Positions 35,510 to 44,688 of a DNA stretch of 64,000 nt are shown one piece after another. Both the position numbers and the translations under genes were made by a program. Source of the stretch: Dehalococcoidales bacterium (GTDB lineage Bacteria > Chloroflexota > Dehalococcoidia > Dehalococcoidales > RBG-16-60-22); contig DAOULO010000052.1 of NCBI GenBank assembly GCA_034420195.1, positions 323-64,322 of the forward strand, in the 5' to 3' direction. The notes under the pieces are model-generated. The model was not told the DNA's origin and ran no database searches. It saw only the letters and a program-made list of their open reading frames with translations. Position 1 is the first letter of the stretch. Each line of letters opens with the position of its first letter.

Positions 35510-37068
35510 TGGCCAAAATCGTTATCGACCCCGTGACCCGCATCGAGGGGCATCTCAAGGTGGAGTGTACCGTGGAGAACGGCGTCGTCAAGGACGCCCG
35601 CACCACCGGCAACCTCTTCCGGGGCTTTGAAATCATCCTGCGGGGGCGCGACCCCCGGGATGCCCAGGTAATTACCCAGCGCATCTGCGGCGTCTGCCCC
35701 CAGTCGCACGGCATCGCCGCCGCGCTCAGCCTGGACAGCGCCTTCGGCATTGCCGATAAAGTCCCCGATAACGGCCGCATCATCCGCAACCTCATCCAGG
35801 GGGCGCACATCGCCCAGGACCATGTCCTCCACTTCTACCACCTGGCCGCCCTGGATTACGTCAACGTCGCCGACGTCGCCAAGTACGAAGGCAACGACTC
35901 GCAATTGAACTCGGTCAAGGACTTCATCGCCCGCGGGGCGCTGGGCCCGTTCCTGCCCCGCTACGAGGGCGACTACCGCCTGCCGCCGGAGGTCAACCAG
36001 CAGGCGGTGGCCCACTACGTCAAGGCGCTGGAAATCCGCCGCATCGGCCACGAGGCCGTCGCTATCTTCAGCGGCAAGATTCCCCACAGCGTCGGCGTTG
36101 TCCCTGGCGGCGTCACCAGTGTCCCCACCGCCGACAACATCATGGCCTATATCCGGAAGATAAAAATCCTCCAGGACTTCATCGATAACGTCTATATCCC
36201 CGACGTCCTGGCCGTGGCCGGGGCCTACCTGGACTACGCCGAAATCGGCGTGGGCTGCCGCAACCTCCTCTCCTACGGCAGCTTCGACCTGGAGGGCGGC
36301 AGCCCCGACTATACCCGCCGCGCCCGCCTCTTCAAGCAGGGCACCGTCGGCGCCGACCTCAAGCCCGGCGACCTGGACACTAGCAAGGTTACCGAGCACG
36401 TCAAGCACTCCTGGTACGAGGACGCCACCAGCAACCGCCACCCCTCTAAAGGCGATACCAAACCCCAGTACGGCAAGCCGGGGGCCTACTCCTGGACGAA
36501 GTCGCCGCGCTACGCCGGTAAGGTCTACGAGGTGGGCCCGCTGGCCCGGGTGGCCGTCAACTACGCCAGGGGCGATGCCACGGCCCAGGCGCTGGTCAAC
36601 GACTCGTTGAAAAAGCTCAACGCCCCACCGTCAGTCCTCTTCTCGGTGCTGGGGCGGCACCTGGGGCGGGCGCTCTCGGCCAAGATTATCGCCGACTCGC
36701 TGGGTGGCTGGGCGCTCCAGCTCAAACCGGGCGAGCCGGCCTACGTGGAGTACGAAATCCCCGAGGCGGCGTCCGGCATGGGCCTGACCGATGCCGCCCG
36801 CGGCGCCCTGGGGCACTGGATTGAAATCAAAGACAAAAAGATTGCCAACTATCAGGCGGTGGTACCCACCACCTGGAACGTGGGCCCGAGGGATGATAAG
36901 GGGCAGCCCGGCCCCATCGAGCAGGCTCTCATCGGCACCAAGGTCAAGGACGAGAAAAATCCCTTTGAAGTCGTGCGCATCATCCGCTCCTTCGACCCGT
37001 GCCTGGCCTGCTCCATCCACATGGTCACCCCTAAAGGTCGAGACCTGGGTAAGTTCAGGGTCGTGTAA
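35509..37068 (+). CDS. [NiFe]-hydrogenase large subunit
   Basis: VTRIEGH, RICGVCPQSH (L1) and DPCLACSIH (L2), plus a 15-aa C-terminal extension. ATG overlaps the small-subunit stop (TAATG). Confidence 0.95.
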   Translation: MAKIVIDPVTRIEGHLKVECTVENGVVKDARTTGNLFRGFEIILRGRDPRDAQVITQRICGVCPQSHGIAAALSLDSAFGIADKVPDNGRIIRNLIQGAHIAQDHVLHFYHLAALDYVNVADVAKYEGNDSQLNSVKDFIARGALGPFLPRYEGDYRLPPEVNQQAVAHYVKALEIRRIGHEAVAIFSGKIPHSVGVVPGGVTSVPTADNIMAYIRKIKILQDFIDNVYIPDVLAVAGAYLDYAEIGVGCRNLLSYGSFDLEGGSPDYTRRARLFKQGTVGADLKPGDLDTSKVTEHVKHSWYEDATSNRHPSKGDTKPQYGKPGAYSWTKSPRYAGKVYEVGPLARVAVNYARGDATAQALVNDSLKKLNAPPSVLFSVLGRHLGRALSAKIIADSLGGWALQLKPGEPAYVEYEIPEAASGMGLTDAARGALGHWIEIKDKKIANYQAVVPTTWNVGPRDDKGQPGPIEQALIGTKVKDEKNPFEVVRIIRSFDPCLACSIHMVTPKGRDLGKFRVV

Positions 37069-37082
37069 GCAAAGGAGGCCAG

Positions 37083-37769
37083 ATGATATTATCAGAGCCA
37101 AAACCGTTTGAAGAAGTCCTGGGTTATCTCCAAGGCGAAAAGAGCGTCTTTGTCCTGGGCTGCAACGGCTGCGCCCAGTCCTCGGGCAGCGGCGGCCCGG
37201 CGCAGGTGGCCGAAATGAAGCAGAAGCTGGAAGCCGCCGGTAAGAAGGTCACCGGCACCAAGGTCATCGACTTTCTCTGTGAGAAGGCCCTGGTCAAGAG
37301 CGGCCTGCGCGGCCGAGTGGATGAAGTTAAGGCCGCCGATTCCATCCTGGTAATGACCTGCGGTATCGGCGTCCAGGCAGTGGCCGCCGCCCTCAACAAG
37401 GTCTGCCACCCCGCCTGCAATACCGTCAACCTGGGCGGCAGCCGCGGCGAGTGGCCGGGCAGCGAGCGCTGCTACGAGTGCGGCCAGTGCCTGCTGGACT
37501 ATACCGGCGGTATCTGCCCCCTCACCGCCTGCACCAAGAGCCTGGTCAGCGGCGCCTGCGGCGGGGCCAACCACGGCAAGTGCGAGCTTTCGCCGGACAA
37601 GGACTGCGGCTGGGAGCTCATCTACGACCGTCTCAAGGCCAAGGGCCAGCTCGACAAGCTCCAGGTTGCCCTCGACCCACTCGACCAGGGCAAGCTGTCG
37701 GCCCGGCCGGAGATGCTGGCCACCTCCCGCTACGCGCTGGAGAGTCATGACCAGGAGGTGAAAGCGTGA
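37083..37769 (+). CDS. metV: methylene-tetrahydrofolate reductase C-terminal-domain protein (MetV, Fe-S/zinc-finger subunit)
   Basis: CYECGQCLLDYTGGICPLTACTKSLVSGACGG...GKCEL...DCGW pattern typical of MTHFR_C/MetV. Confidence 0.8.
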   Translation: MILSEPKPFEEVLGYLQGEKSVFVLGCNGCAQSSGSGGPAQVAEMKQKLEAAGKKVTGTKVIDFLCEKALVKSGLRGRVDEVKAADSILVMTCGIGVQAVAAALNKVCHPACNTVNLGGSRGEWPGSERCYECGQCLLDYTGGICPLTACTKSLVSGACGGANHGKCELSPDKDCGWELIYDRLKAKGQLDKLQVALDPLDQGKLSARPEMLATSRYALESHDQEVKA

Positions 37770-38647
37770 GCCTGCAATCGAAACTGGAATCGGGGAAGTT
37801 CGCCATATCCTGCGAGTTCGGCCCGCTCAAGGGCACCGATACCAACGAGATTAAAGAGAACATCGAGGTCCTCCGGGGCAAGGTCGACGCCGCCAACGTC
37901 ACCGACCAGCAGAGTTCGGTGATGCGCCTGGGGTCGCTGGTGACCTCCTACCTGGCCGTCGCCGGGGGGCTGGAGCCCATCTTCCAGATGACCTGCCGCG
38001 ACCGTAACCGCATCGCTTTGCAGTCCGACCTGCTCGGCGCCTGGGTGCTGGGCATCAAGAATGTCCTGGCCCTCACCGGCGACCTGCCGCAGCTGGGCGA
38101 CCACCCCGAGGCCAAGGCCGTCTTCGACCTGGACTCGGTCACTCTGCTCAAGGCCATCAGCCGCCTCAACGAGGGCTACGACCTGGCCGGCAATGAGCTG
38201 ATAGGTAAGCCCGCCTTCTACCCCGGGGCGGTGGTCAAGGTGGAGTCCAACACCGAGGCCGCCACCGAGCTCCAGATTGCCAAGATGCAGCGCAAGATAG
38301 CCGCCGGGGCCAAGTTCTTCCAGACCCAGGCCGTCTACGACGCCAAATCGTTCGGTAAGTTTATGAAGCGGGTGGAGAAGTTCAAGGTGCCCGTCATGGC
38401 CGGTATCATCCCCCTCAAGAACGCCGGTATGGCCCGCTACATGAACGCCAACGTGGCCGGCGTGCACGTGCCGGACGATCTCATCCAGAAGATGGCCGAC
38501 GCCACCAAGGAAGACCGCGAAAATACCGGCATCCAGATTGCCGCCGACCTTATCAAGCAGGTTAAGCCCCTCTGCCAGGGGGTGCATATCATGGCCATCA
38601 ATTGGGAGAAGAAGGTGCCGGACATCATCCAGGCCGCCGGACTCTAA
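37766..38647 (+). CDS. metF: 5,10-methylenetetrahydrofolate reductase
   Basis: 293 aa, acetogen-type MetF (ANVTDQ..., TCRDRNR, ALTGD, FFQTQ motifs). 4-nt overlap with metV. Confidence 0.9.
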   Translation: MSLQSKLESGKFAISCEFGPLKGTDTNEIKENIEVLRGKVDAANVTDQQSSVMRLGSLVTSYLAVAGGLEPIFQMTCRDRNRIALQSDLLGAWVLGIKNVLALTGDLPQLGDHPEAKAVFDLDSVTLLKAISRLNEGYDLAGNELIGKPAFYPGAVVKVESNTEAATELQIAKMQRKIAAGAKFFQTQAVYDAKSFGKFMKRVEKFKVPVMAGIIPLKNAGMARYMNANVAGVHVPDDLIQKMADATKEDRENTGIQIAADLIKQVKPLCQGVHIMAINWEKKVPDIIQAAGL

Positions 38648-38670
38648 GCCTAAATTAAGATAGAATACGA

Positions 38671-38709
38671 ATCCCCGGTGTTTTTACGGGCGCCGGGGAT
38701 TTTTCTTTA
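38671..38709 (+). terminator. rho-independent terminator after metF
   Basis: ATCCCCGGTG / CGCCGGGGAT 10-bp stem (one G-U pair), 10-nt loop, then TTTTTCTTT. Confidence 0.8.
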
Positions 38710-38727
38710 TCCTCCAATGTCATAGAA

Positions 38728-38756
38728 TTGTAACTTTTCCCTCCCCAATTTTATAA
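38728..38756 (+). promoter_or_regulatory. sigma70-like promoter (TTGTAA-N17-TTATAA), paralogous to the usp promoter
   Basis: TTGTAA 38728-38733, TTATAA 38751-38756. Flanks are conserved with 3219-3262 in inverted orientation. Confidence 0.45.
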
Positions 38757-38829
38757 CTTCGTAATCGCCGCGGCGCTATTATTTCCATGATAAGCCCGCC
38801 AGCGGGCGGGCGATGCGCAAGGGGGAGAG

Positions 38830-39033
38830 ATGGGTAAGTTAAAAATAGACGGTTGTCCCAAATGCGGCCGGGGTGTGATTACCCTGGATAAAGACGAATA
38901 CGGGTGGTACGAGTACTGCCTGCAGTGCGGCTATACGCACGACCTGGTATCCATGACCGAGCCGGCGGCGCGGCTGGAAGCGGCCAAGACGGCCGTAGAG
39001 CTGCCCGGCCGCGATAAGCCGAACCGGCGCTAA
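38830..39033 (+). CDS. small zinc-ribbon protein
   Basis: 67 aa; CPKCGRG...CLQCGY. Confidence 0.6.
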   Translation: MGKLKIDGCPKCGRGVITLDKDEYGWYEYCLQCGYTHDLVSMTEPAARLEAAKTAVELPGRDKPNRR

Positions 39034-39051
39034 AGGGGAGAATGATGAGCT

Positions 39052-39576
39052 GTGCTGGCAGGTAAGAGAGTCGCCATCCTGGCCGAGGACGACTTCGAGG
39101 ACACCGAGCTGACCGAACCGTTGCGCTCGATGAAGGGCGCCGGTGCCAGGGTGATTGTCGTCGGCAGCGGCTCCCGGGCAACCTATCATGGCAAAAGGGG
39201 TGTGGCTACCGTGAATGTCGATGCCGAAGCCGGAAGGGTGGCGCCCGGGGACTTCGACGCCGTCATTATCCCCGGCGGCCAGGCCCCGGAGAAGATGCGC
39301 CTGTACCCGGAGATGGTCAATCTGGTGCGGCAGGCCCACGAGGCCGGTAAGGTGCTGGCGGCCATCTGTCACGGGCCGCAGCTGCTTATTTCTGCCGGTA
39401 TCGTCAGGGGGCGGCGGGTCACTTCCTGGCCTCCCCTGGCGGTTGACCTCCGCAACGCCGGGGCCGAGTGGGTAGACCTGCCGGTGGTGGTGGACGGCAA
39501 TCTCGTCACGTCGCGCAAGCCCGCCGACCTGCCGCGCTTCAACAAGGCTGTCATCGAGTTGCTGCGCAGCCGCTAG
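39052..39576 (+). CDS. DJ-1/PfpI-family protein (intracellular protease/deglycase type)
   Basis: AAICHGPQLL nucleophile elbow and EDTEL motif. GTG start. Confidence 0.85.
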   Translation: MLAGKRVAILAEDDFEDTELTEPLRSMKGAGARVIVVGSGSRATYHGKRGVATVNVDAEAGRVAPGDFDAVIIPGGQAPEKMRLYPEMVNLVRQAHEAGKVLAAICHGPQLLISAGIVRGRRVTSWPPLAVDLRNAGAEWVDLPVVVDGNLVTSRKPADLPRFNKAVIELLRSR

Positions 39577-39581
39577 TAAGG

Positions 39582-40289
39582 ATGGATGACATGGTAACGG
39601 AAACGCCAGCCCCCGTCAAAACAGTGAGTACGGAGTTGCTCAGGTGCAGCCCTTACTTCGCCGGGTTCGACGAGACCGTCCTGGCGGAGATAGCCCGGCG
39701 GATGAAGCCCCGGCCGGCGGCCCGCCACGAGATCCTCTGGCTGGAGCAGGAACCGGCCGAGACGGTGTACTTCGTGGCCCGCGGGCTCGTCAAGCTGTTC
39801 AAGACCTCCCCCGGCGGCAAGGAGCAGATACTGCGGCTGGTCTATCCCGGCGACTGCTTCGGTCACGCCGGGGCCTTTAACGGGGGCCATCACCCGGAGA
39901 GTGCCCAGGCCCTGGTGGATACCACCCTTTACGGCATCAGCAAAAGTGACCTGGGTGTCCTGCTTACCGAGTACCCGGAGCTAGCCGGCAACATCATCAA
40001 GGCCTTGGCGACGGAGATGCACCACTATATATCCCTGGTCGAAGACCTTTCGCTGCGCCGTGTCCGCAGCCGGCTGGCCCGCCTGCTGCTGGACCAGGGC
40101 GACCGGGGTATCGGTAATACGTCGCTGATGCTCACCCGGGCGGATCTGGCGGCCATGGCCGGGACGGTGCGGGAGGTCATCGGCAAGTCGCTCAAGTCGC
40201 TGGAGGACAGCGGCGCCATCCGCTACGACCGCCGCAACATCGTTATCCGCGACCGGGAAGCTCTCAAGGCCATTATGCGCTCGGCCTAG
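39582..40289 (+). CDS. Crp/Fnr-family transcriptional regulator
   Basis: cNMP-binding-like beta-roll (YFVARGLVKLFK) plus a C-terminal HTH (TRADLAAMAGTVREVIGKSLKSLED). Start at ATG 39582, not 39468. Confidence 0.85.
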   Translation: MDDMVTETPAPVKTVSTELLRCSPYFAGFDETVLAEIARRMKPRPAARHEILWLEQEPAETVYFVARGLVKLFKTSPGGKEQILRLVYPGDCFGHAGAFNGGHHPESAQALVDTTLYGISKSDLGVLLTEYPELAGNIIKALATEMHHYISLVEDLSLRRVRSRLARLLLDQGDRGIGNTSLMLTRADLAAMAGTVREVIGKSLKSLEDSGAIRYDRRNIVIRDREALKAIMRSA

Positions 40290-40339
40290 CTGCCGGGCCG
40301 GTTCCCTTCAGACCCGTGGTATCCTGCCCCCTTGGTCTT

Positions 40340-40591
40340 TTATCCGAGTAAGCTGCCGAAGTTGAGGCCGGTAATCGCCAGCTTCTGAATGGCCATCGCC
40401 AGGAGTACGCCGCCGATGATGAGCAGCGTTATCCTCAGGCCGAAGCGCTCCTCACCCTTCAGCAGGCCGCCCCAGAGGAAGGCCAGAGGTACGATGAAGG
40501 TGCCGATATTGGTGCAGGCCTCAATGTCGGCCCAGCTGCCGGCGACCAGCAACGCCAGCCCCACCGCCGCCGCGATGAATGTCTCTCGCAT
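40340..40591 (-). CDS. small membrane protein (three hydrophobic segments)
   Basis: 83-aa ORF with its own strong promoter and a GGGGAGG SD. Confidence 0.6.
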   Translation of the reverse strand: MRETFIAAAVGLALLVAGSWADIEACTNIGTFIVPLAFLWGGLLKGEERFGLRITLLIIGGVLLAMAIQKLAITGLNFGSLLG

Positions 40592-40620
40592 TTATTCGCC
40601 TCCCCGTGTGATTTACAGCG

Positions 40621-40649
40621 ACTATAATCCTATCGGCTCGTTTTGTCAA
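40621..40649 (-). promoter_or_regulatory. sigma70-like promoter (TTGACA-N17-TATAGT)
   Basis: Minus strand: TTGACA (40644-40649) and TATAGT (40621-40626), 17-nt spacer, about 30 nt upstream of ATG 40591. Confidence 0.6.
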
Positions 40650-40675
40650 TACGGCGTTCGCTCTGTGTATTTATA

Positions 40676-40990
40676 TTACCTCACCCCCTTTATCCCCCTC
40701 TCCTGACGAGGCGTGCCGCAGGAGAGGGGGAATTTAATTAAGAAGAGGGGCTTCGCCCCTCTTAAACACCCGACCCCTCCGCCCCGCCGGTGATGTTCTT
40801 TCCCACCCAGCCCACCCCGGGGCGTTGACGGCCTGTCCGGTAATTCCCTCCCCACCCCCGGTGGGTGGTGGCACACTTTCTTCCCATTCTGGTGGGGGGT
40901 AAAGGGGTGGCAAATTACGGGCTAAGCCGCGGATGATACGGGGTGGCCTGGGTGGGAATAGATAACTCCGCTGGGGTGGGGCAGGGGAAT
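40676..40990 (+). repeat. intergenic mosaic repeat, long foldback copy with extra hairpin module
   Basis: Hairpins TCCCCCTCTCC/GGAGAGGGGGA (40693-40731) and AAGAGGGG-CTTCG-CCCCTCTT (40744-40764). Left arm TTCTTTCCCACCCAGCC, GGGCTAAGCC at 40919, and core at 40950-40966. Confidence 0.85.
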
Positions 40991-40994
40991 AACT

Positions 40995-41882
40995 CTAGAC
41001 GAGCACCTTCTTGGGCCGCCAGAGGCCCGTCTCCGGCTCGTAGACCAGTATCCCCAGCAGGCGCCCGTCCCCGGCGTAGGCGCGCCAGTAGCGGGGTGGG
41101 GGGTCACTCACGGCTATATCCAGCGAGAGGGGGCTGCCGTTCCTCAGGGTAGGCTCATCGGCCTCATCGATGATAGCCACGGGCAGGTCGGTGATGATAG
41201 TGTCTGGAGGCTGGAGGAATTGTTCTGCCGAGCCCTGATTAAATGCCTCCTCCAGCCGCTCCAGCGAAACGGCGTCCTCGATGGTAAAATTGCCGCAGCG
41301 GGTGCGCGTCAGGCTCTTGAGGTGGGCGCCGCAGCCCAGGGACTGCCCCAGGTCGTGGGCCAGCGAGCGGATATAAGTCCCCTTGCCGCACTCGATTTCC
41401 AGGGTAAGAAGCGGCGGCTGGAAGGTGATAAGCTCCAGGCGGTGGATTTTCACGGTGCGGCTGGGCCGGGCCACGGCCAGCCCTGCCCGCGCCAGCTTGT
41501 AGAGCGGGCGGCCCCGGTGCTTGACGGCGCTGTACATCGGCGGGGTCTGGCGGATGGTGCCCCGGAACGTACCGAGGGCGGCTTTCAATTCCTTTTTCGT
41601 AATGGCGGAGGCGTCGCCGCGCTGCGTGACGCGGCCGCTGGCGTCGTAGGTATCGGTAGCGGCGCCCAGCGCGATAACGGCGCGGTAGGTCTTGGTGGTA
41701 TTGACCAGGAACTCGACGAGCCGCGTCGCCCGCCCCAGACAGACGGGCAGGACGCCGGTGGCGTCCGGGTCGAGGGTACCGGCGTGGCCGACGTGCCGCT
41801 CCCCGCTCCAGCGCCGCACGCGGGCGACCACGCCGAAAGAGGTGATGCCGGCGGGCTTAGCGATGTTGAAGATACCGTCCAC
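40995..41882 (-). CDS. truB: tRNA pseudouridine(55) synthase
   Basis: GHAGTLDP catalytic motif; 295 aa with C-terminal PUA-like region. Confidence 0.92.
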   Translation of the reverse strand: MDGIFNIAKPAGITSFGVVARVRRWSGERHVGHAGTLDPDATGVLPVCLGRATRLVEFLVNTTKTYRAVIALGAATDTYDASGRVTQRGDASAITKKELKAALGTFRGTIRQTPPMYSAVKHRGRPLYKLARAGLAVARPSRTVKIHRLELITFQPPLLTLEIECGKGTYIRSLAHDLGQSLGCGAHLKSLTRTRCGNFTIEDAVSLERLEEAFNQGSAEQFLQPPDTIITDLPVAIIDEADEPTLRNGSPLSLDIAVSDPPPRYWRAYAGDGRLLGILVYEPETGLWRPKKVLV

Positions 41883-41884
41883 GG

Positions 41885-42238
41885 TCAGTCCCCGTGTTCC
41901 GCGCTGACCTGGTCGATGAGGCGCAGGATGTGGTCGCCGTGCTCGATGGAGTTGTCCCAGTGGAAGCTCAGTTCGGGGGTGTGGCGCAGCCGCACGTTCT
42001 TGGCCAGCTCCGAGCGCAGGAAACCGGCGGCGGCGTTGAGCACGGCCAGCACCTTCGGCTCCTCCTGCTGGCCGCTCATGGTACTGACGAAGACCTTGGC
42101 GTAATGCAGGTCGGCGGAGGTCTCCACCGCCGTGACGGCAATAAACTCATCGAGGCGCGGGTCGCGGAGGGCGTGCTGAATCAGCTCGCTGATTTCCTTG
42201 CGAATGAGGGTATTCACCCGTTCGATGCGATGTGACAT
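41885..42238 (-). CDS. rbfA: ribosome-binding factor A
   Basis: 117 aa; RVNTLIRKEISELI start and operon position after infB. Confidence 0.9.
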   Translation of the reverse strand: MSHRIERVNTLIRKEISELIQHALRDPRLDEFIAVTAVETSADLHYAKVFVSTMSGQQEEPKVLAVLNAAAGFLRSELAKNVRLRHTPELSFHWDNSIEHGDHILRLIDQVSAEHGD

Positions 42239-42260
42239 GGCCGGAGGCCCGGGTAAGGCC

Positions 42261-44408
42261 CTACCCGGATTTCTCCATTCTGTAGAATTCCAGCCTATCG
42301 CCGACCTGGAAGTCGTTGAAGTCCTTGATGCCCACGCCGCACTCGTAGCCGGCGGCCACCTCGCGGGCGTCGTCCTTGAAGCGCTTGAGGCTGCTCACGG
42401 TACTGTCGGCCAGCACCTCCTCGCCCCGGTGCACCCGCACCGAGACGTTGCGGGTCACCTTGCCTTCGGTAACGTAGCAGCCGGCCGCCTTGTTCCCCTT
42501 GCCGGCCGGGAAGACGGCGCGTACCTCGGCCTGACCTTCGGTGACCTCGGTGTAGGTTGGCTCCAGCATGCCCTTGAGGGCCTTGGCCACGTCGTCGGCC
42601 AGGGTGTAGATGACATTGTAATGGCGTACATCCACCCGGCTGGTGGCGGCCAGTTTGCGGGCCCCTTCGGTGGCGGTGACGTTGAAGCCGATGATAAGCC
42701 CCCGCGAGGCGGTGGCCAGCATGACGTCGCTCTCGGAGATATTGCCGGTGCCGCTGTGGATGACCCTCACCTTGACCTCGTCGGTGCCCAACTGCTCCAG
42801 CTGGTGGCGTATCGGCTCCAGGCTGCCCTGGACGTCCGTCTTGAGGATGACGTTGAGCTCCTTGACTTTGCCGGAGCTTATCTGGTCGTAGAGATTGTTG
42901 AGGTTGACCGCTTCGGCGGCGGCCGCGGCCTTCTCGCGGGCCGCCTTGTGCCGGGCCAGCAGGGCCTGGGCGTGGCGCTCGTCGGCGACGGCCGTCAGGG
43001 TATCCCCCACCTGGGGGACTTTATCCAGGCCGAGGACGGAGACCGGCGCGGACGGCTCGGCCTTCTTGGTGCGCTTGCCGGCATCGTTGAACATGGCGCG
43101 GACGCGGCCCCAGGTGGTGCCCACGACGACGGTATCGCCCTCCTTGAGGGTACCCGCCTGGATGAGCACCGTGGCCAGCGGCCCCATCGTCTTGTCCTTC
43201 TCGGCCTCGATGACGACGCCGGCGGCCGGCTGGTTGGGGTTGGCCTTGAGCTCCTCCATCTCGGCCACGAGCAGGACGCTCTCCAGCAGCTCCTTGATGC
43301 CGCGCTTCTCCTTGGCGGAAATCTCCTGGCTGACGACGGTGCCGCCCCAGTCCTCAATGACCAGGTCGGCCTCGGCCAGTTGCTGCTTCACCCGGTCGAC
43401 GTTGGCGTTGTCCTTATCAATCTTGTTGATGGCCACCACGATGGGCACCTCGGCGGCGCGGGCGTGGTTGATGGCCTCCAGCGTCTGGGGCATGACGCCG
43501 TCGTCGGCGGCCACCACCAGAATGGTGACGTCGGTAATGTTGGCGCCGTGGGCGCGCATGGCGGTAAAGGCCTCGTGGCCAGGGGTGTCCAGAAAGGTAA
43601 TCTTCTGGTCGTCGATGGTGGCCTGGTAAGCGCCGATGTGCTGGGTGATGTTGCCGGCCTCCTGGTCGACGACGTTGGTCTGGCGGATGGCGTCCAATAG
43701 CTTGGTCTTGCCGTGGTCGACGTGCCCCATCACCGTTACCACCGGCGGGCGCGGCAGCAGGTTCTCGGCGTCCTTGCCGTAGCGCCGCTTGAGCTTTTTG
43801 CTCTCCTCGGCGGCGCTGGCCATTTGCTGGGCCCGCAGCGACTTGAGGCGCGCCCGGTGGCCGAAACTGGCGGCCACGGTGGCGGCGGTCTCGAAGTCGA
43901 TGACCTGGTTGATATTGGCCATGATGCCGTTACGCATCAGCTGCTTGATGATGCTGATGGAGTCTTCCTTAATAAGCTCGGCCAGGTTCCGCACGCTGAT
44001 GGAGCGCGGGATATCAATCACCGGCCCCTTGGGGGCGGCCGCTTCCTTGGCGGGAGCGGGCTTGGCGGGCTTGGCGGGAGCGGGCTTGGCGGCCTTGGCG
44101 GCGGCGAGCGCGGCCGCCTTCTCCGCAACCGGTTCCGCGGCTTTTTCAGCGGTGGGTTTGGCCGCCTTTTCCGCCGGGGGCGCGGCGACCTCTGCCGCGG
44201 CGGGCTTGGTAGCTTTGGCCTTCGCGGCGGCCGGTTTGGTCGTCTTTGCCGCGGCCGGTTTGGTCGCCTTCTTCGCCGCCGGTTTAGCGGCCTTGGCGGT
44301 CGGCGTGACGGCCTTGGCCGCGGTGGGCTTGGCGGTCTTCGCCGCCGCCGGTTTCGTCGCCTTGGCGGCTGGTTTGGTGGCTTTTTCCGGTTGACTGGCC
44401 TTGGCCAC
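42261..44408 (-). CDS. infB: translation initiation factor IF-2 (with about 130-aa Ala/Lys/Pro-rich N-terminal region)
   Basis: GHVDHGKT G1 motif, DTPGH and NKID. N-terminus consists of KPAA/AKPA repeats. Confidence 0.95.
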   Translation of the reverse strand: MAKASQPEKATKPAAKATKPAAAKTAKPTAAKAVTPTAKAAKPAAKKATKPAAAKTTKPAAAKAKATKPAAAEVAAPPAEKAAKPTAEKAAEPVAEKAAALAAAKAAKPAPAKPAKPAPAKEAAAPKGPVIDIPRSISVRNLAELIKEDSISIIKQLMRNGIMANINQVIDFETAATVAASFGHRARLKSLRAQQMASAAEESKKLKRRYGKDAENLLPRPPVVTVMGHVDHGKTKLLDAIRQTNVVDQEAGNITQHIGAYQATIDDQKITFLDTPGHEAFTAMRAHGANITDVTILVVAADDGVMPQTLEAINHARAAEVPIVVAINKIDKDNANVDRVKQQLAEADLVIEDWGGTVVSQEISAKEKRGIKELLESVLLVAEMEELKANPNQPAAGVVIEAEKDKTMGPLATVLIQAGTLKEGDTVVVGTTWGRVRAMFNDAGKRTKKAEPSAPVSVLGLDKVPQVGDTLTAVADERHAQALLARHKAAREKAAAAAEAVNLNNLYDQISSGKVKELNVILKTDVQGSLEPIRHQLEQLGTDEVKVRVIHSGTGNISESDVMLATASRGLIIGFNVTATEGARKLAATSRVDVRHYNVIYTLADDVAKALKGMLEPTYTEVTEGQAEVRAVFPAGKGNKAAGCYVTEGKVTRNVSVRVHRGEEVLADSTVSSLKRFKDDAREVAAGYECGVGIKDFNDFQVGDRLEFYRMEKSG

Positions 44409-44674
44409 TAATTGGCTCCTTTACGTAATTCTTCCCCGTAAGCGGCGAGCCTCTGGCGGCTGTCCGGGGTAAGACGGCCGCGCAGGGTGTGTTCCAGCTG
44501 GTTGCCTTTGAGGCCCTTTTCCCAGCAGGCCGGCTCCGGGCAGAGGTAAGCCCCCCGCCCCGCCTTTTTCCTGGCGCTATCTATCTCAATCTCGCCGCCG
44601 GGGGTGCGTACCAGGCGGACGAGCTCCCGCTGGGGCCTTACCCGTCGGCAGGCCACGCAGGTACGCTGCGGCAC
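44408..44674 (-). CDS. ylxR: YlxR-family (DUF448) RNA-binding protein
   Basis: RTCVACR...GRGAYLC motif; located between nusA and infB. Confidence 0.85.
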   Translation of the reverse strand: MPQRTCVACRRVRPQRELVRLVRTPGGEIEIDSARKKAGRGAYLCPEPACWEKGLKGNQLEHTLRGRLTPDSRQRLAAYGEELRKGAN

Positions 44675-44688
44675 CGGCCGGGACTTAT

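Noticed and set aside
43990-44408. Tandem-repeat-looking DNA (GGCGGGCTTGGCGG…, GCCGGTTTGGTCG…).
   Set aside because: It is the in-frame coding sequence of the Ala/Lys/Pro-rich N-terminus of IF-2 on the minus strand, not a non-coding satellite.
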